Shown here piece after piece: positions 17,783 to 26,664 of a stretch of 36,167 nt of DNA (position 1 is its first letter; every line of letters begins with the position of its first letter). Below the pieces are notes generated by a model. It was not told where the DNA came from, did no database searches, and was given only the letters and a program-made list of their open reading frames with translations. A program made the translations under genes and the position numbers. The stretch is from Candidatus Pacearchaeota archaeon (GTDB taxonomy: Archaea; Nanobdellota; Nanobdellia; Pacearchaeales; GW2011-AR1), in contig JBAYNB010000002.1 in assembly GCA_041679005.1 (NCBI GenBank), positions 1-36,167 of the forward strand. Reading direction: 5' to 3'.

Positions 17783-17800
17783 CAGAAACCTTTATAAACC
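17783..17800 (+). promoter_or_regulatory. internal promoter upstream of rrp4, identical 18-mer to the rRNA promoter
   Basis: cagaaacctttataaacc is identical to 34283..34300. It lies 66 nt upstream of the rrp4 ATG, in the SBDS-rrp4 gap. Confidence 0.5.
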
Positions 17801-17864
17801 CTCTTTTACAGATTATATTGAACAAGAAAAAAAATTAAATCCATTGTTTTCTTGATTATATAAA

Positions 17865-18599
17865 ATGGATAACGAAGAAGAAAATACACAAACTGATGAT
17901 AAAAAAGAAAGAAAATTAGTCATTCCTGGTGAGACCATTGTTTCTGCACAAGATCATTTACCTGGAGATTTTACTAGAAATGATAATGGAGAGATTGTTG
18001 CAACAAGATATGGTTTAGCTGAAACAAATGGAAGAATTGTAAAAGTTATACCTATTTCAGGAGTTTTTGAACCAAGAAGAGGAAATACTGTTATTGGAAG
18101 AGTTATGGATATTAATTTTAGCGGATGGAATATTGATATTGGTGGACCTTACACTGCATTTTTACCTTTAATGGAATGTCCAAGATTTATTGACAGAGAC
18201 AATCTAGCAGAATTTGCAAAACTTGGAGATGTTCTTAGTCTTAAAACTTATGGAATAAAAAAAGGAAGCATTGATTTAACTTTAAAATCTAGAGGATTAG
18301 GAAGATTAGATGGCGGAAGATTAATTCAAATAAACCCGCACAAAGTTCCAAGAGTAATTGGAAAAGAAGGAAGTATGATTAGTTTAATAAAAAATAGTAC
18401 TAATACTGAAATAACTGTTGGTCAAAATGGTTATGTGTGGATTAAAGGAGATGATGCAGGAGAAGGAAAAGCAGAAGCTGCAATTAAATTAATAGAGCAA
18501 GAATCAGCTTCAGAAGGATTAACTGAAAAAGTAGAAAAATTTTTAGGGAATAAAATGAAAAAAATAAATCTTGAGGAAACTCAGGAATCAACAGAATAA
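17865..18599 (+). CDS. rrp4: exosome complex RNA-binding protein Rrp4 (S1 + KH)
   Basis: S1 segment GRVMDINFSGWNIDIGGPYTAFLP and KH segment VPRVIGKEGSMISLIKNSTNTEITVGQNGYVWIKG. Confidence 0.88.
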   Translation: MDNEEENTQTDDKKERKLVIPGETIVSAQDHLPGDFTRNDNGEIVATRYGLAETNGRIVKVIPISGVFEPRRGNTVIGRVMDINFSGWNIDIGGPYTAFLPLMECPRFIDRDNLAEFAKLGDVLSLKTYGIKKGSIDLTLKSRGLGRLDGGRLIQINPHKVPRVIGKEGSMISLIKNSTNTEITVGQNGYVWIKGDDAGEGKAEAAIKLIEQESASEGLTEKVEKFLGNKMKKINLEETQESTE

Positions 18600-18618
18600 A
18601 AAATAAATTAAAAATAAA

Positions 18619-19329
18619 ATGACATATACAAAAAGAACAGATGGAAGAAAATTCGATGAACTTCGTCCAATAAGAGCAGAAGTTGGAATAATTCCAAATG
18701 CAGATGGAAGTGCATTATTTGCACATGGAGACACCCTAGCTATTGCAGCTGTTTATGGTCCTAAACCTTTACATCCACAACATTTACAAAAACCAGACAG
18801 AGGGATTATAAGGGCTAATTATAATATGCTTCCTTTTTCAGTAACTGAAAGAGCAAGACCAGGTCCATCAAGAAGAAGCAAAGAAATTTCAATGATTACT
18901 GAAAATGCATTATCTTCAATTGTTGATTTAACAAGATTCCCTGGAACTGTTATTGATGTTGAGATTATGATTTTACAAGCAAATGCTTCAACAAGATGTG
19001 CTGGAATTAATGCTGCTGCTATGGCTTTAGCTCATGCAGGAGTTGTAATGAAAGAAATGGTTGCAAGTGTTTCAATTGGAAAAATCGACGATAAAATATG
19101 TACTGATATAACTAAAGAGGAAGAAGATCATCATGAAGGAGAGGGTGCTACAGATATTCCTTTCACATTAACCTCAAGAGGAAATATGGTTTCTCATCTT
19201 CAGTTAGATGGAAAAATTCCTGCAAAAAGATTAATAGAAGCTTATGAAGCTGCTGTTGCTGCCTGCAAAAAGATTAATAAATATCAGGAAAGAGCATTAA
19301 AAGGAGAAAAAATAAACGAAAACGAATAA
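18619..19329 (+). CDS. rrp41: exosome complex exonuclease Rrp41 (RNase PH family)
   Basis: RTDGRKFDELRPIRAEVGIIPNADGSALFAHGDT RNase PH N-terminal pattern. Confidence 0.9.
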   Translation: MTYTKRTDGRKFDELRPIRAEVGIIPNADGSALFAHGDTLAIAAVYGPKPLHPQHLQKPDRGIIRANYNMLPFSVTERARPGPSRRSKEISMITENALSSIVDLTRFPGTVIDVEIMILQANASTRCAGINAAAMALAHAGVVMKEMVASVSIGKIDDKICTDITKEEEDHHEGEGATDIPFTLTSRGNMVSHLQLDGKIPAKRLIEAYEAAVAACKKINKYQERALKGEKINENE

Positions 19330-19330
19330 A

Positions 19331-20146
19331 ATGGAATTACCAAATATAAACAAAAGACAAATTGAAAACCTTTTAGAAAAAGGAAAAAGATTAGATGGAA
19401 GAAAACCATTTGATTACAGAGATATTACAATTGAAAAAAACATATCAAAAAATGCTGAAGGAAGTGCAAGAGTAAAAATTGGAAAAACAGATGTTATTGT
19501 TGGAGTTAAACTAGCTACTCAAGAACCTTATCCTGATCATGAAGACGAAGGAACTATGACTACTAATATGGAATATAGTCCTGCAAGTGGTTCAAGATAT
19601 GAATCTGGACCTCCTAAAATGGATTCTGTTGAAACAGCAAGAGTTGTTGATAGAGGAATAAGAGAATCTGGATTTATTGACTGGAAAAAACTTTGTATTG
19701 AACCAGGGAAAAAAGTTTGGAGTGTTTCCATTGATATTTATTCTATTAATGATGATGGTAATATTTTAGATGCAAGTGCAATTGGTGCTATGGCTGCATT
19801 AAAGCTTACAAGATTCCCAGAATATGATAAAGAAACAGAATCAGTTAAGTTTGGAGAATTTACAGATACTCCATTACCTTTAACAGAAAAGACTCCTTTT
19901 TCAATGACTTTTTATAAGGTAGGAAATAACCTTTTAGTTGACCCAAATAGAGACGAAGAGGATGCTGCAGAAGCAAGATTAACTTTAGCTATTTCAAAAC
20001 CTTCAAAAGACCACATTATTAATGCTATGCAAAAGGGCGGAATAACTCCTTTGACTGGGGAAGAATTAAAGAAAATAGTAGAACAAGCTGAAAAAGTTTA
20101 TGAACATGTTTATCCTGAAATCGAAAAACAATTGAAGAAGAAGTAA
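19331..20146 (+). CDS. rrp42: exosome complex component Rrp42 (RNase PH family)
   Basis: RLDGRKPFDYRDITIEKNISKNAEGSARVKIGKTDVIVGVK. The start follows directly after the rrp41 stop. Confidence 0.88.
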   Translation: MELPNINKRQIENLLEKGKRLDGRKPFDYRDITIEKNISKNAEGSARVKIGKTDVIVGVKLATQEPYPDHEDEGTMTTNMEYSPASGSRYESGPPKMDSVETARVVDRGIRESGFIDWKKLCIEPGKKVWSVSIDIYSINDDGNILDASAIGAMAALKLTRFPEYDKETESVKFGEFTDTPLPLTEKTPFSMTFYKVGNNLLVDPNRDEEDAAEARLTLAISKPSKDHIINAMQKGGITPLTGEELKKIVEQAEKVYEHVYPEIEKQLKKK

Positions 20147-20231
20147 AATCATAACTTTTCGTTTAAGGATAAAGCTTATAAATCAATTAATAATTTAATA
20201 ATAATCACTAATCTGTGAAATACTTATCAAA

Positions 20232-20666
20232 ATGACACTAGAAAAACTTAGGGAAAAATTCACAAAATATGAAATCGCACGTATTCTAGGTGCAAGAAGT
20301 TTACAACTTGCTATGGATGCTCCTGTTCTTTTGAAATTAACTAAAGAGGAAGAAGATGAACTTAATTTTGACACACTTAAAACTGCTGAAAGAGAATTAA
20401 TAGCAGAAGTTTTACCAATCACTATTAAAAGACCATTACCAAAAAAATCTGAAAAAACTGTTAAAAGGCTTTCTGAAGATGAAATTAAAGAGAAATTAGA
20501 AAGACAAGCTGAAAAAGAAATAAGAGAAGCTGAATTAGAAAATAAAAAAGTAAGAGGAGAAGAAATTGAAGAAAAAGAAGTTAAAGAAGAAGGCGAGATT
20601 ATGGAAATGGCTCAGCCTGAAGATGAAGAAGAAGCTGAAGAAAAAGATGAAGGCGAAGAAGCATAA
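20232..20666 (+). CDS. rpoK: DNA-directed RNA polymerase subunit K (Rpo6/omega family) with long charged C-terminal tail
   Basis: Core FTKYEIARILGARSLQLAMDAPVLL ... AEVLPITIKRPLP. Residues 71-144 are a K/E/D-rich tail. Confidence 0.8.
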   Translation: MTLEKLREKFTKYEIARILGARSLQLAMDAPVLLKLTKEEEDELNFDTLKTAERELIAEVLPITIKRPLPKKSEKTVKRLSEDEIKEKLERQAEKEIREAELENKKVRGEEIEEKEVKEEGEIMEMAQPEDEEEAEEKDEGEEA

Positions 20667-20790
20667 TTCTAAAAGTATTTATTTGATGATTCTTAATTTG
20701 AGTATATTAATTATTTAATCTAGATGGACAACTAACTATGGATAAGGTTTTTATATTCTAATTTGTTTTACTAGTTAGTATATTTATAAC

Positions 20791-22029
20791 ATGAAAATAA
20801 AAAAGGTGATTGCTAAGCAGATTAAAGATTCTCGTAGAGAATTTACAATTAAGGTAATTGTGAAAACAGGTTTTTTTACAAGGTTTGAAACAAGCTCTCC
20901 TGCTGGTAAATCTACAGGAAGTTATGAAGCAAGAAGTTATGCAAAGAGTTTAGATGGAGATTGTGAATTTATTAATTCTATTGACCCTGAGGGGATTAAT
21001 GAAATTATTAACAGACATGAGAATCCTATTGGGAATACCGAAGCTTTTTCCATTCTAAAAGATATTGAAAAATTAGTTAAAAATAATATTGGTGCAAATA
21101 CTTTATTTGCTCTTGAAGCGAGTTTGCTTAAGATGTTTGCTCATGAAAACAATAAACAATTATATGAATTTCTGCATGTTTCTCCAAAGAGTGATAGAGA
21201 TAAAAAATTTAATTTACCACATCTTGTTGGAAATGCAATTGGAGGAGGATTACACTCTAAGGGGGTTAAGGGAATAAAACCTGATTTTCAAGAATTCTTA
21301 TTTGTTGGGGATTCAGATACAATCAAAGAATGTGTTAAGACAAACAAAGAGGCTTATCTTCTTGCTGGAGGTTTATTAAATGCTAAAAATAAAAATGATG
21401 AAGGTGCTTGGGAAACTGACAAGACTAATGAAGAGGTTTTAGATATAATGAATCAAGTTCAAGAAAAATTTAAAGAACAAGGAAAAGATATTTTTATTGG
21501 AGTAGATGCTGCAACAAGCAGTTTTTACAAAGAAGATAAATATGTTTATAAAAACAACCCCAAAGAACTGAATAAATCCCAGCAAGTAGAATACATTAAA
21601 GAATTGATTAATAAATATAGTATTTATTACTTAGAGGACCCATTAGAAGAAAATGATTTTTCTGGTTTTAAAAGTTTAACAGGAAGAAACTGTTTTATTG
21701 TTGGTGATGACCTCACAACAACAAACCCTGAAAGACTTGAAAAGGCAGTAAAGAATAAATCAATAAATGCAATCATTGTAAAACCAAATCAAATTGGAAG
21801 TCTCTTGAAAGTCAAAGAAGTTATTGATCTTGCAAAAAAAAATAAGATTGTTACAATTATTTCTCACAGAAGCGGAGAGACAATGGACAATACCATTGCA
21901 GATTTGGCTGTTGCCTGGGGTTGTAATTTCATAAAAACAGGAATTTATGGAAGAGTAAGAGAGGCTAAACTAAAGAGATTAATTGAGATAGAAAAACAAG
22001 TGAATAAAGAACAAACTAATAACATTTAA
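20791..22029 (+). CDS. eno: enolase (divergent)
   Basis: SHRSGETMDNTIADLAV, VKPNQIGS, VGDDLTTTN, YLEDPL, QEF and IKTG motifs are present. The N-terminal loop reads DSRREFT instead of the usual DSRGNPT. Confidence 0.85.
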   Translation: MKIKKVIAKQIKDSRREFTIKVIVKTGFFTRFETSSPAGKSTGSYEARSYAKSLDGDCEFINSIDPEGINEIINRHENPIGNTEAFSILKDIEKLVKNNIGANTLFALEASLLKMFAHENNKQLYEFLHVSPKSDRDKKFNLPHLVGNAIGGGLHSKGVKGIKPDFQEFLFVGDSDTIKECVKTNKEAYLLAGGLLNAKNKNDEGAWETDKTNEEVLDIMNQVQEKFKEQGKDIFIGVDAATSSFYKEDKYVYKNNPKELNKSQQVEYIKELINKYSIYYLEDPLEENDFSGFKSLTGRNCFIVGDDLTTTNPERLEKAVKNKSINAIIVKPNQIGSLLKVKEVIDLAKKNKIVTIISHRSGETMDNTIADLAVAWGCNFIKTGIYGRVREAKLKRLIEIEKQVNKEQTNNI

Positions 22030-22070
22030 ATAATTGATTTTACCTATATATAATATAAAAAAGAGATAAA

Positions 22071-22550
22071 ATGGGATTTGAAGAATGTAAGATATTTGCA
22101 GAAGAGGGTATTAAAGGAAACCTTAGTGAGGCTATTGCACAGTGTCCGATTACAAATGGAATTATTGGTGGGATGATTGGAGCATTTATTATAATAGGAA
22201 TTGTAATCGCTTTAATTTTGCTTATTGGAGTTTATATTTATTTTTCTCTTGCATGGTATACAATTGCTAAAAAATTAAAATACAAAAAACCTTGGCTTGC
22301 ATGGATTCCAATAATAAATATTGGAATGTTTTTACAACTTGGAAAATTTAATTGGGCATGGGCATTCTTAATATTCATACCTTTTTTTGGGTGGGTTGCA
22401 TTGTTTGTGTTATTAGTTATTGCAACATGGAGAATCTGTGAGAAAAGAAAATATCCTGGATGGTTTAGTTTATCTTTAATTATCCCTGATATTGGAATAA
22501 TATTTTATCTAGTTGCAATAGGCTTTTTAGCTTGGGGAAGAAAGAAATAA
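22071..22550 (+). CDS. small integral membrane protein (about 4 TM)
   Basis: 159 aa. The pattern KKPWLAWIPIINIGMFLQLGKFNWAWAFLIFIPFFGWVA resembles DUF5684-type membrane proteins. This is from memory and unverified. Confidence 0.55.
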   Translation: MGFEECKIFAEEGIKGNLSEAIAQCPITNGIIGGMIGAFIIIGIVIALILLIGVYIYFSLAWYTIAKKLKYKKPWLAWIPIINIGMFLQLGKFNWAWAFLIFIPFFGWVALFVLLVIATWRICEKRKYPGWFSLSLIIPDIGIIFYLVAIGFLAWGRKK

Positions 22551-22690
22551 AATTTTATTTCTTTAAGCTATTAAAACAAAACTTAAACTTATCTATTAGA
22601 CATTAAAAAGAAAAAGTTATTCAGGTTGGACTTGGTCACATAAATCTCAAGAACCAAAACCATTAAATATTCCAATTACTAATATTAATT

Positions 22691-23257
22691 ATGACAAAAA
22701 CAAGTGAAAATTTATTAAAAGCATTTGCAGGTGAGAGCCAAGCAAGAAACAGATATACTTATTTTGCAAGTGTTGCAAAAAAAGAAGGATATGAACAAAT
22801 CTCAGCAATATTTTTAGAAACAGCTGAAAATGAAAAAGAACATGCAAAAGTATTCTTCAAACATTTAGACAAAATTGGAAAACCATTAGAGATTACTGCA
22901 ACCTATCCTGCTGGAAGAATTGGAACAACTGAAGAGAATTTATTGGCGGCTGCAAATGGTGAAAAAGAAGAATGGTCAGTTCTCTATCCAGACTTTGAAA
23001 AAATAGCAAGAAAAGAAGGCCTTAAAGAGGTTGCAGATTCATTTAAAGAAATTTCTGAAGTAGAAGAAGAACATGAAAAAAGATATAGAAAACTTCTAGC
23101 AAATGTGAAAAATAAATCTGTTTTCAAAAAGGACAAGGTTGTAAAATGGAAATGCAGAAATTGTGGATATGTTCATGAAGGGAAAGATGCTCCAGACACA
23201 TGTCCTGCTTGCAAACATCCTCAATCATATTATGAGGTTTTAGCAGAGAATTATTGA
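22691..23257 (+). CDS. rbr: rubrerythrin
   Basis: ENLLKAFAGESQARNRYTYFA, two E..H di-iron motifs (EKEH, EEEH), and a C-terminal rubredoxin-like CRNCGYVHEG...CPACKHP. Confidence 0.9.
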   Translation: MTKTSENLLKAFAGESQARNRYTYFASVAKKEGYEQISAIFLETAENEKEHAKVFFKHLDKIGKPLEITATYPAGRIGTTEENLLAAANGEKEEWSVLYPDFEKIARKEGLKEVADSFKEISEVEEEHEKRYRKLLANVKNKSVFKKDKVVKWKCRNCGYVHEGKDAPDTCPACKHPQSYYEVLAENY

Positions 23258-23281
23258 ATCTTAAGAATTTAAACAATAAAA

Positions 23282-23665
23282 ATGACAATTAAAAGACAAA
23301 TTTGGAAATGCGAAATTTGCGGGAATATAATTGAAGTTCTACATGAAGGAGCAGATGCTTTAGTTTGTTGTGGTGAAAAAATGAAACTTCAAAAAGAAAA
23401 CACAGTTGATGCTTCTCTTGAAAAACATGTACCAATTATTGAGAATAAAGGACAAGGACATATAATTGTTAAGGTTGGAAGTGTTCCTCACCCTATGACT
23501 GATGAGCATTATATTGAATGGATTGAAGTTCTATGTGACCTTGGGACATTTAAATATTTTTTAAATCCTGGAAATAAGCCAGAGGCTGAATTTTATTTAG
23601 GAAACATAAAAAAATTTACTGTGCGAGCCTATTGTAATCTACATGGACTTTGGAAAGCTAATTAA
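23282..23665 (+). CDS. dfx: desulfoferrodoxin (2Fe superoxide reductase)
   Basis: Desulforedoxin-like CEICGNIIEV...LVCCGEKM, then the SOR centre HVP ... HPMTDEHYIEWI ... CNLHGLW. Confidence 0.88.
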   Translation: MTIKRQIWKCEICGNIIEVLHEGADALVCCGEKMKLQKENTVDASLEKHVPIIENKGQGHIIVKVGSVPHPMTDEHYIEWIEVLCDLGTFKYFLNPGNKPEAEFYLGNIKKFTVRAYCNLHGLWKAN

Positions 23666-23710
23666 TAATAACTCTTAAATATCTCCTAATTCTAATAATC
23701 TTATAAAAAG

Positions 23711-24532
23711 ATGGTACAAATAATTAAGGCGGATGGAACCTTTGCAAAATTTGAAGAACATAAAATTGAAAGAACTGTATTAAAAGCAGGAGGTTCAAGA
23801 GAATTTGCAAAAGAAATTGCAAAACAAGTTGAAAAAGAAATTTATGAAAATATTTCAACAAAAGAAATCCTAAAAATAACATTAAGATTATTAAAAGAAA
23901 AACCAAGTATTGCACTAAAGTATAATCTTAAAACAGCAATAATGTCCTTGGGGCCTCATGGATTTACCTTTGAAGAATTTTTTTCTCAGATATTACAGAA
24001 TTATGATTATAAAACTAAAGTTGGATTGAATCTTAAGGGTAAGGCAACAACCCATGAGGTTGATATTCTTGCTGAAAAAGAAAATAAAAAGTACATGATT
24101 GAGGCAAAATATCATAATTTAGCAGGAACTCATACAAATTCTAATGTTGCTATGTATACTTATGCAAGATTTTTAGATTTGCATAATCATCCAAATAATA
24201 AAATAAACCAGGGGTGGTTAGTTACAAACACGAAATGCACTCCTCATGCAATTGAATATGCAAACGGAGTTGGATTAAAAATAACCAGCTGGCAATATTC
24301 TTCAGATAAAGGTGAAAATTTGCAAGAGCTAATTAAGGTAAAAAAATTATATCCAATAACTATTTTAAATTCAGTCACAGGAGATATTAAAGATAAATTA
24401 GCAAAAGCAAAAGTAGTTTTAGTTAAAAGTTTAATGACTTGTAACTTAGAAGAATTAAAGAACAAAACTGATTTAACAGAAAAAGAAATAAACAAACTTT
24501 TAAAAGAAGCCAAAGAGCTTTATGAAGAATAA
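23711..24532 (+). CDS. ATP-cone domain fused to an Mrr-like PD-(D/E)xK restriction-endonuclease domain
   Basis: N-terminal ATP-cone pattern (VQIIKADGTFAKFEEHKIERTVLKAGGS...). Then GFTFEEFFSQILQNYDY ... HEVDILAEKENKKYMIEAKYH (D...E-x-K nuclease core). The C-terminal helical tail looks HhH-like. Confidence 0.72.
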   Translation: MVQIIKADGTFAKFEEHKIERTVLKAGGSREFAKEIAKQVEKEIYENISTKEILKITLRLLKEKPSIALKYNLKTAIMSLGPHGFTFEEFFSQILQNYDYKTKVGLNLKGKATTHEVDILAEKENKKYMIEAKYHNLAGTHTNSNVAMYTYARFLDLHNHPNNKINQGWLVTNTKCTPHAIEYANGVGLKITSWQYSSDKGENLQELIKVKKLYPITILNSVTGDIKDKLAKAKVVLVKSLMTCNLEELKNKTDLTEKEINKLLKEAKELYEE

Positions 24533-24562
24533 AGAATAGATTTTAAACAAATTTTTATATTA

Positions 24563-24600
24563 AAATTTAGGAAGATAAATCTAACCTAAATTTCTTTTTT
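24563..24600 (+). terminator. hairpin plus oligo-T, terminator-like, after the ATP-cone nuclease gene
   Basis: aaatttagg (24563..24571) pairs with cctaaattt (24585..24593) as a 9-bp perfect stem with a 13-nt loop. A c+TTTTTT run (24594..24600) follows. It sits in a convergent intergenic region. Confidence 0.35.
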
Positions 24601-24723
24601 ACAATCAATAATGTGCAATGTGTTTAGATATGTTAATTATTCATAGAAGCTAAAAGATATTTCTTAAATCTAAAAAGATATTATAAAAATATTGATAAGC
24701 AAAAGTGTAAAAATCTATAACAA

Positions 24724-25155
24724 TTAAGCAGGAATTATCTCTCTTATTCTCTCTGCAATTTTCTTTTTTTGGTCTGGAGTTAATCTTTTGTCTAGATTAG
24801 GATAAAAATCCTGATCTTCAAATTCCTTATGAAGAGTCAATCTTTGTTTTAAATCTTCTAAGTCTGGTTTAATTTTTTTATTTAAATTTTTCTCAAGGAC
24901 TCTTATAATTTGCATTATCTTAACATGGTCTTGCAAAAGATGGAAAATATCATTAGTTTCTTCTCCAGAAATATCTATGAACATATCAAAAATAACTTTT
25001 TCTTCAACAAAAAAGTGTTTTTCCAAATTCCATTTAAAGGTGCTAAAATGAATTTTTGTTTTTTCATAATCATTTAGATGCTTTTCTAAATCGTCTATAC
25101 ACTTGTTTATTCTTTTATGTTCTTGAAGCATTAATTTTTCTATTGATAATGGCAT
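24724..25155 (-). CDS. hemerythrin-like (HHE cation-binding) protein
   Basis: 143 aa with His/Glu positions spaced as in hemerythrin-like domains (LQEHKRI, HFFVEEKVIF, LLQDHVKI, LHKEFED). Confidence 0.7.
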   Translation of the reverse strand: MPLSIEKLMLQEHKRINKCIDDLEKHLNDYEKTKIHFSTFKWNLEKHFFVEEKVIFDMFIDISGEETNDIFHLLQDHVKIMQIIRVLEKNLNKKIKPDLEDLKQRLTLHKEFEDQDFYPNLDKRLTPDQKKKIAERIREIIPA

Positions 25156-25364
25156 AATAATTTGAAAGAATTTAGATATATAATGATTATTATGGTTGAA
25201 TATGAGTTTTGATTAATATTTGATAAACGAGTTTAGAGGGATTAGTCATTCATAAAAACTAAAAATAATTCTCAAAGCGAGAAAAATTATTTCAATAAGT
25301 CTATGAAGCCTAGATCAATTTATAAAATTTATTTCATCTCGATTTATAAAATATTGATAAACAG

Positions 25365-26129
25365 TTAAATCAACTTCTTCAACTTTCCAAAATCATAAGA
25401 TTTGTCTTCTTTAGGATTATAGATTATTGCATTAAAATTTTTTAGTTTGTTTTCAGGAATAATCAAAAACTCTTTTTTTCCTTTTCCAGTTATTAAATCA
25501 TAACCAAGAGTTATTGGATTAAAGCTTGGAAGAACATATACTTGTTTCTTTTTATATTCTCCAGAAAGAAAACATTTGTATTTTTCTCTTTTATATTCAT
25601 CAGAAAGAGTTATTGCAGGATGAAGATGAGCTAAAATCAAAATTTTGATATCTTTGTTTTTCAATGGAACTTTATACTCTTTATTTCCGTGCATAAACAA
25701 AATATCATCTTGTTTGTAAAATGGTAATACCTGAATATTTCTTTTGTTTGCAATAGGTCCGAGAATATTATCATGATTTCCTTTGATTAAGATTATTTCT
25801 TTTGCTTTTTTAGAGATAAAATCTAAAACATAAAGGGTTTCTCTCCATTCTGCTTCAGATATTTTTCCGTGCTCGTGTTTTAAGTCTCCTAAAATAATTA
25901 TTTTATCTAATTTAATATTTTGTTTATTTAGTTTATCAAAAATCTTGCTCAAGCTTGTAATCATATCATGAGTTTGTATTCTTGGGAAAGTTCCTGTTTC
26001 ATCAATTGATTCTTCATAACCAATATGCAAATCTGCTAGGACTAGGATTTTATTTAGGGGGTCGTTAATTAATATAGCATTTTCTAGAAATTTTATTCTA
26101 TCTTGTGGAAAAAGGGTTGTTTGAGGCAT
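25365..26129 (-). CDS. binuclear metallophosphoesterase, MPE/PdeM (SbcD-related) type
   Basis: Motifs LADLHIGYE, LGDLKH, KGNHD, MHGN, LAHLHP in canonical calcineurin-like order. The roughly 250-aa size is typical of the Lhr/ligase-associated MPE family. Confidence 0.8.
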   Translation of the reverse strand: MPQTTLFPQDRIKFLENAILINDPLNKILVLADLHIGYEESIDETGTFPRIQTHDMITSLSKIFDKLNKQNIKLDKIIILGDLKHEHGKISEAEWRETLYVLDFISKKAKEIILIKGNHDNILGPIANKRNIQVLPFYKQDDILFMHGNKEYKVPLKNKDIKILILAHLHPAITLSDEYKREKYKCFLSGEYKKKQVYVLPSFNPITLGYDLITGKGKKEFLIIPENKLKNFNAIIYNPKEDKSYDFGKLKKLI

Positions 26130-26176
26130 GAAAATTCTAAAAATTCATGCTTTAATAATGTTTAGAAATATTAGTT

Positions 26177-26596
26177 TTATCTTGGAGCCTCTGTTATTTG
26201 TTCTAATCCTGCTCCTTTAATTGCTTTTCTAATCACATTCAAATCTTCTTGTTGAGTTCCTTCCAAGTATTGAAACATAACATTGATTTCTGAAATAAAT
26301 TTGGTTGGGTCACTAAATGTCTTATCCCATTTTTGTATTTCTGTTTTAGAAAATAATTTCCTTACTGTTTGGTTTTCTAATGTATCCCAATGTGTAGATA
26401 TTTCTAAATAACCATTTATAGAAGGAATTTGAAAGAGATTGTTAGTATAAGTAAATGTTTGGTCTTTATTGGGAATTCCATTTCCTCTTAATAAAACTGA
26501 ATACTCTTTTATAGAATTGTGTACTTCTTGTTCTGCTTTACAAACATTAATTTGTTTTGCACAATAACTTTCAATTTTTATTTCTCTTAAACCCAT
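26177..26596 (-). CDS. hypothetical soluble protein (139 aa)
   Basis: I chose the ATG at 26596; the track starts 2 codons earlier at a TTG. An AAGGAG lies 11 nt upstream. I recognise no motif. Confidence 0.6.
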   Translation of the reverse strand: MGLREIKIESYCAKQINVCKAEQEVHNSIKEYSVLLRGNGIPNKDQTFTYTNNLFQIPSINGYLEISTHWDTLENQTVRKLFSKTEIQKWDKTFSDPTKFISEINVMFQYLEGTQQEDLNVIRKAIKGAGLEQITEAPR

Positions 26597-26664
26597 AAGC
26601 AATTATTCTCCTTAGATTATTTAAAGATTTATATATTTAAAAACTCTTTATTCTAATAAGAAGT

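Noticed and set aside
24683-25362. Similar 18-19-mers tataaaaatattgataagc (24683..24700) and tataaaatattgataaac (25345..25362), each downstream of a minus-strand gene stop.
   Set aside because: The sequence is pure A/T-rich and low-complexity, and the distance to the stop codons is inconsistent (23 nt versus 2 nt). The match is within chance expectation for this base composition.
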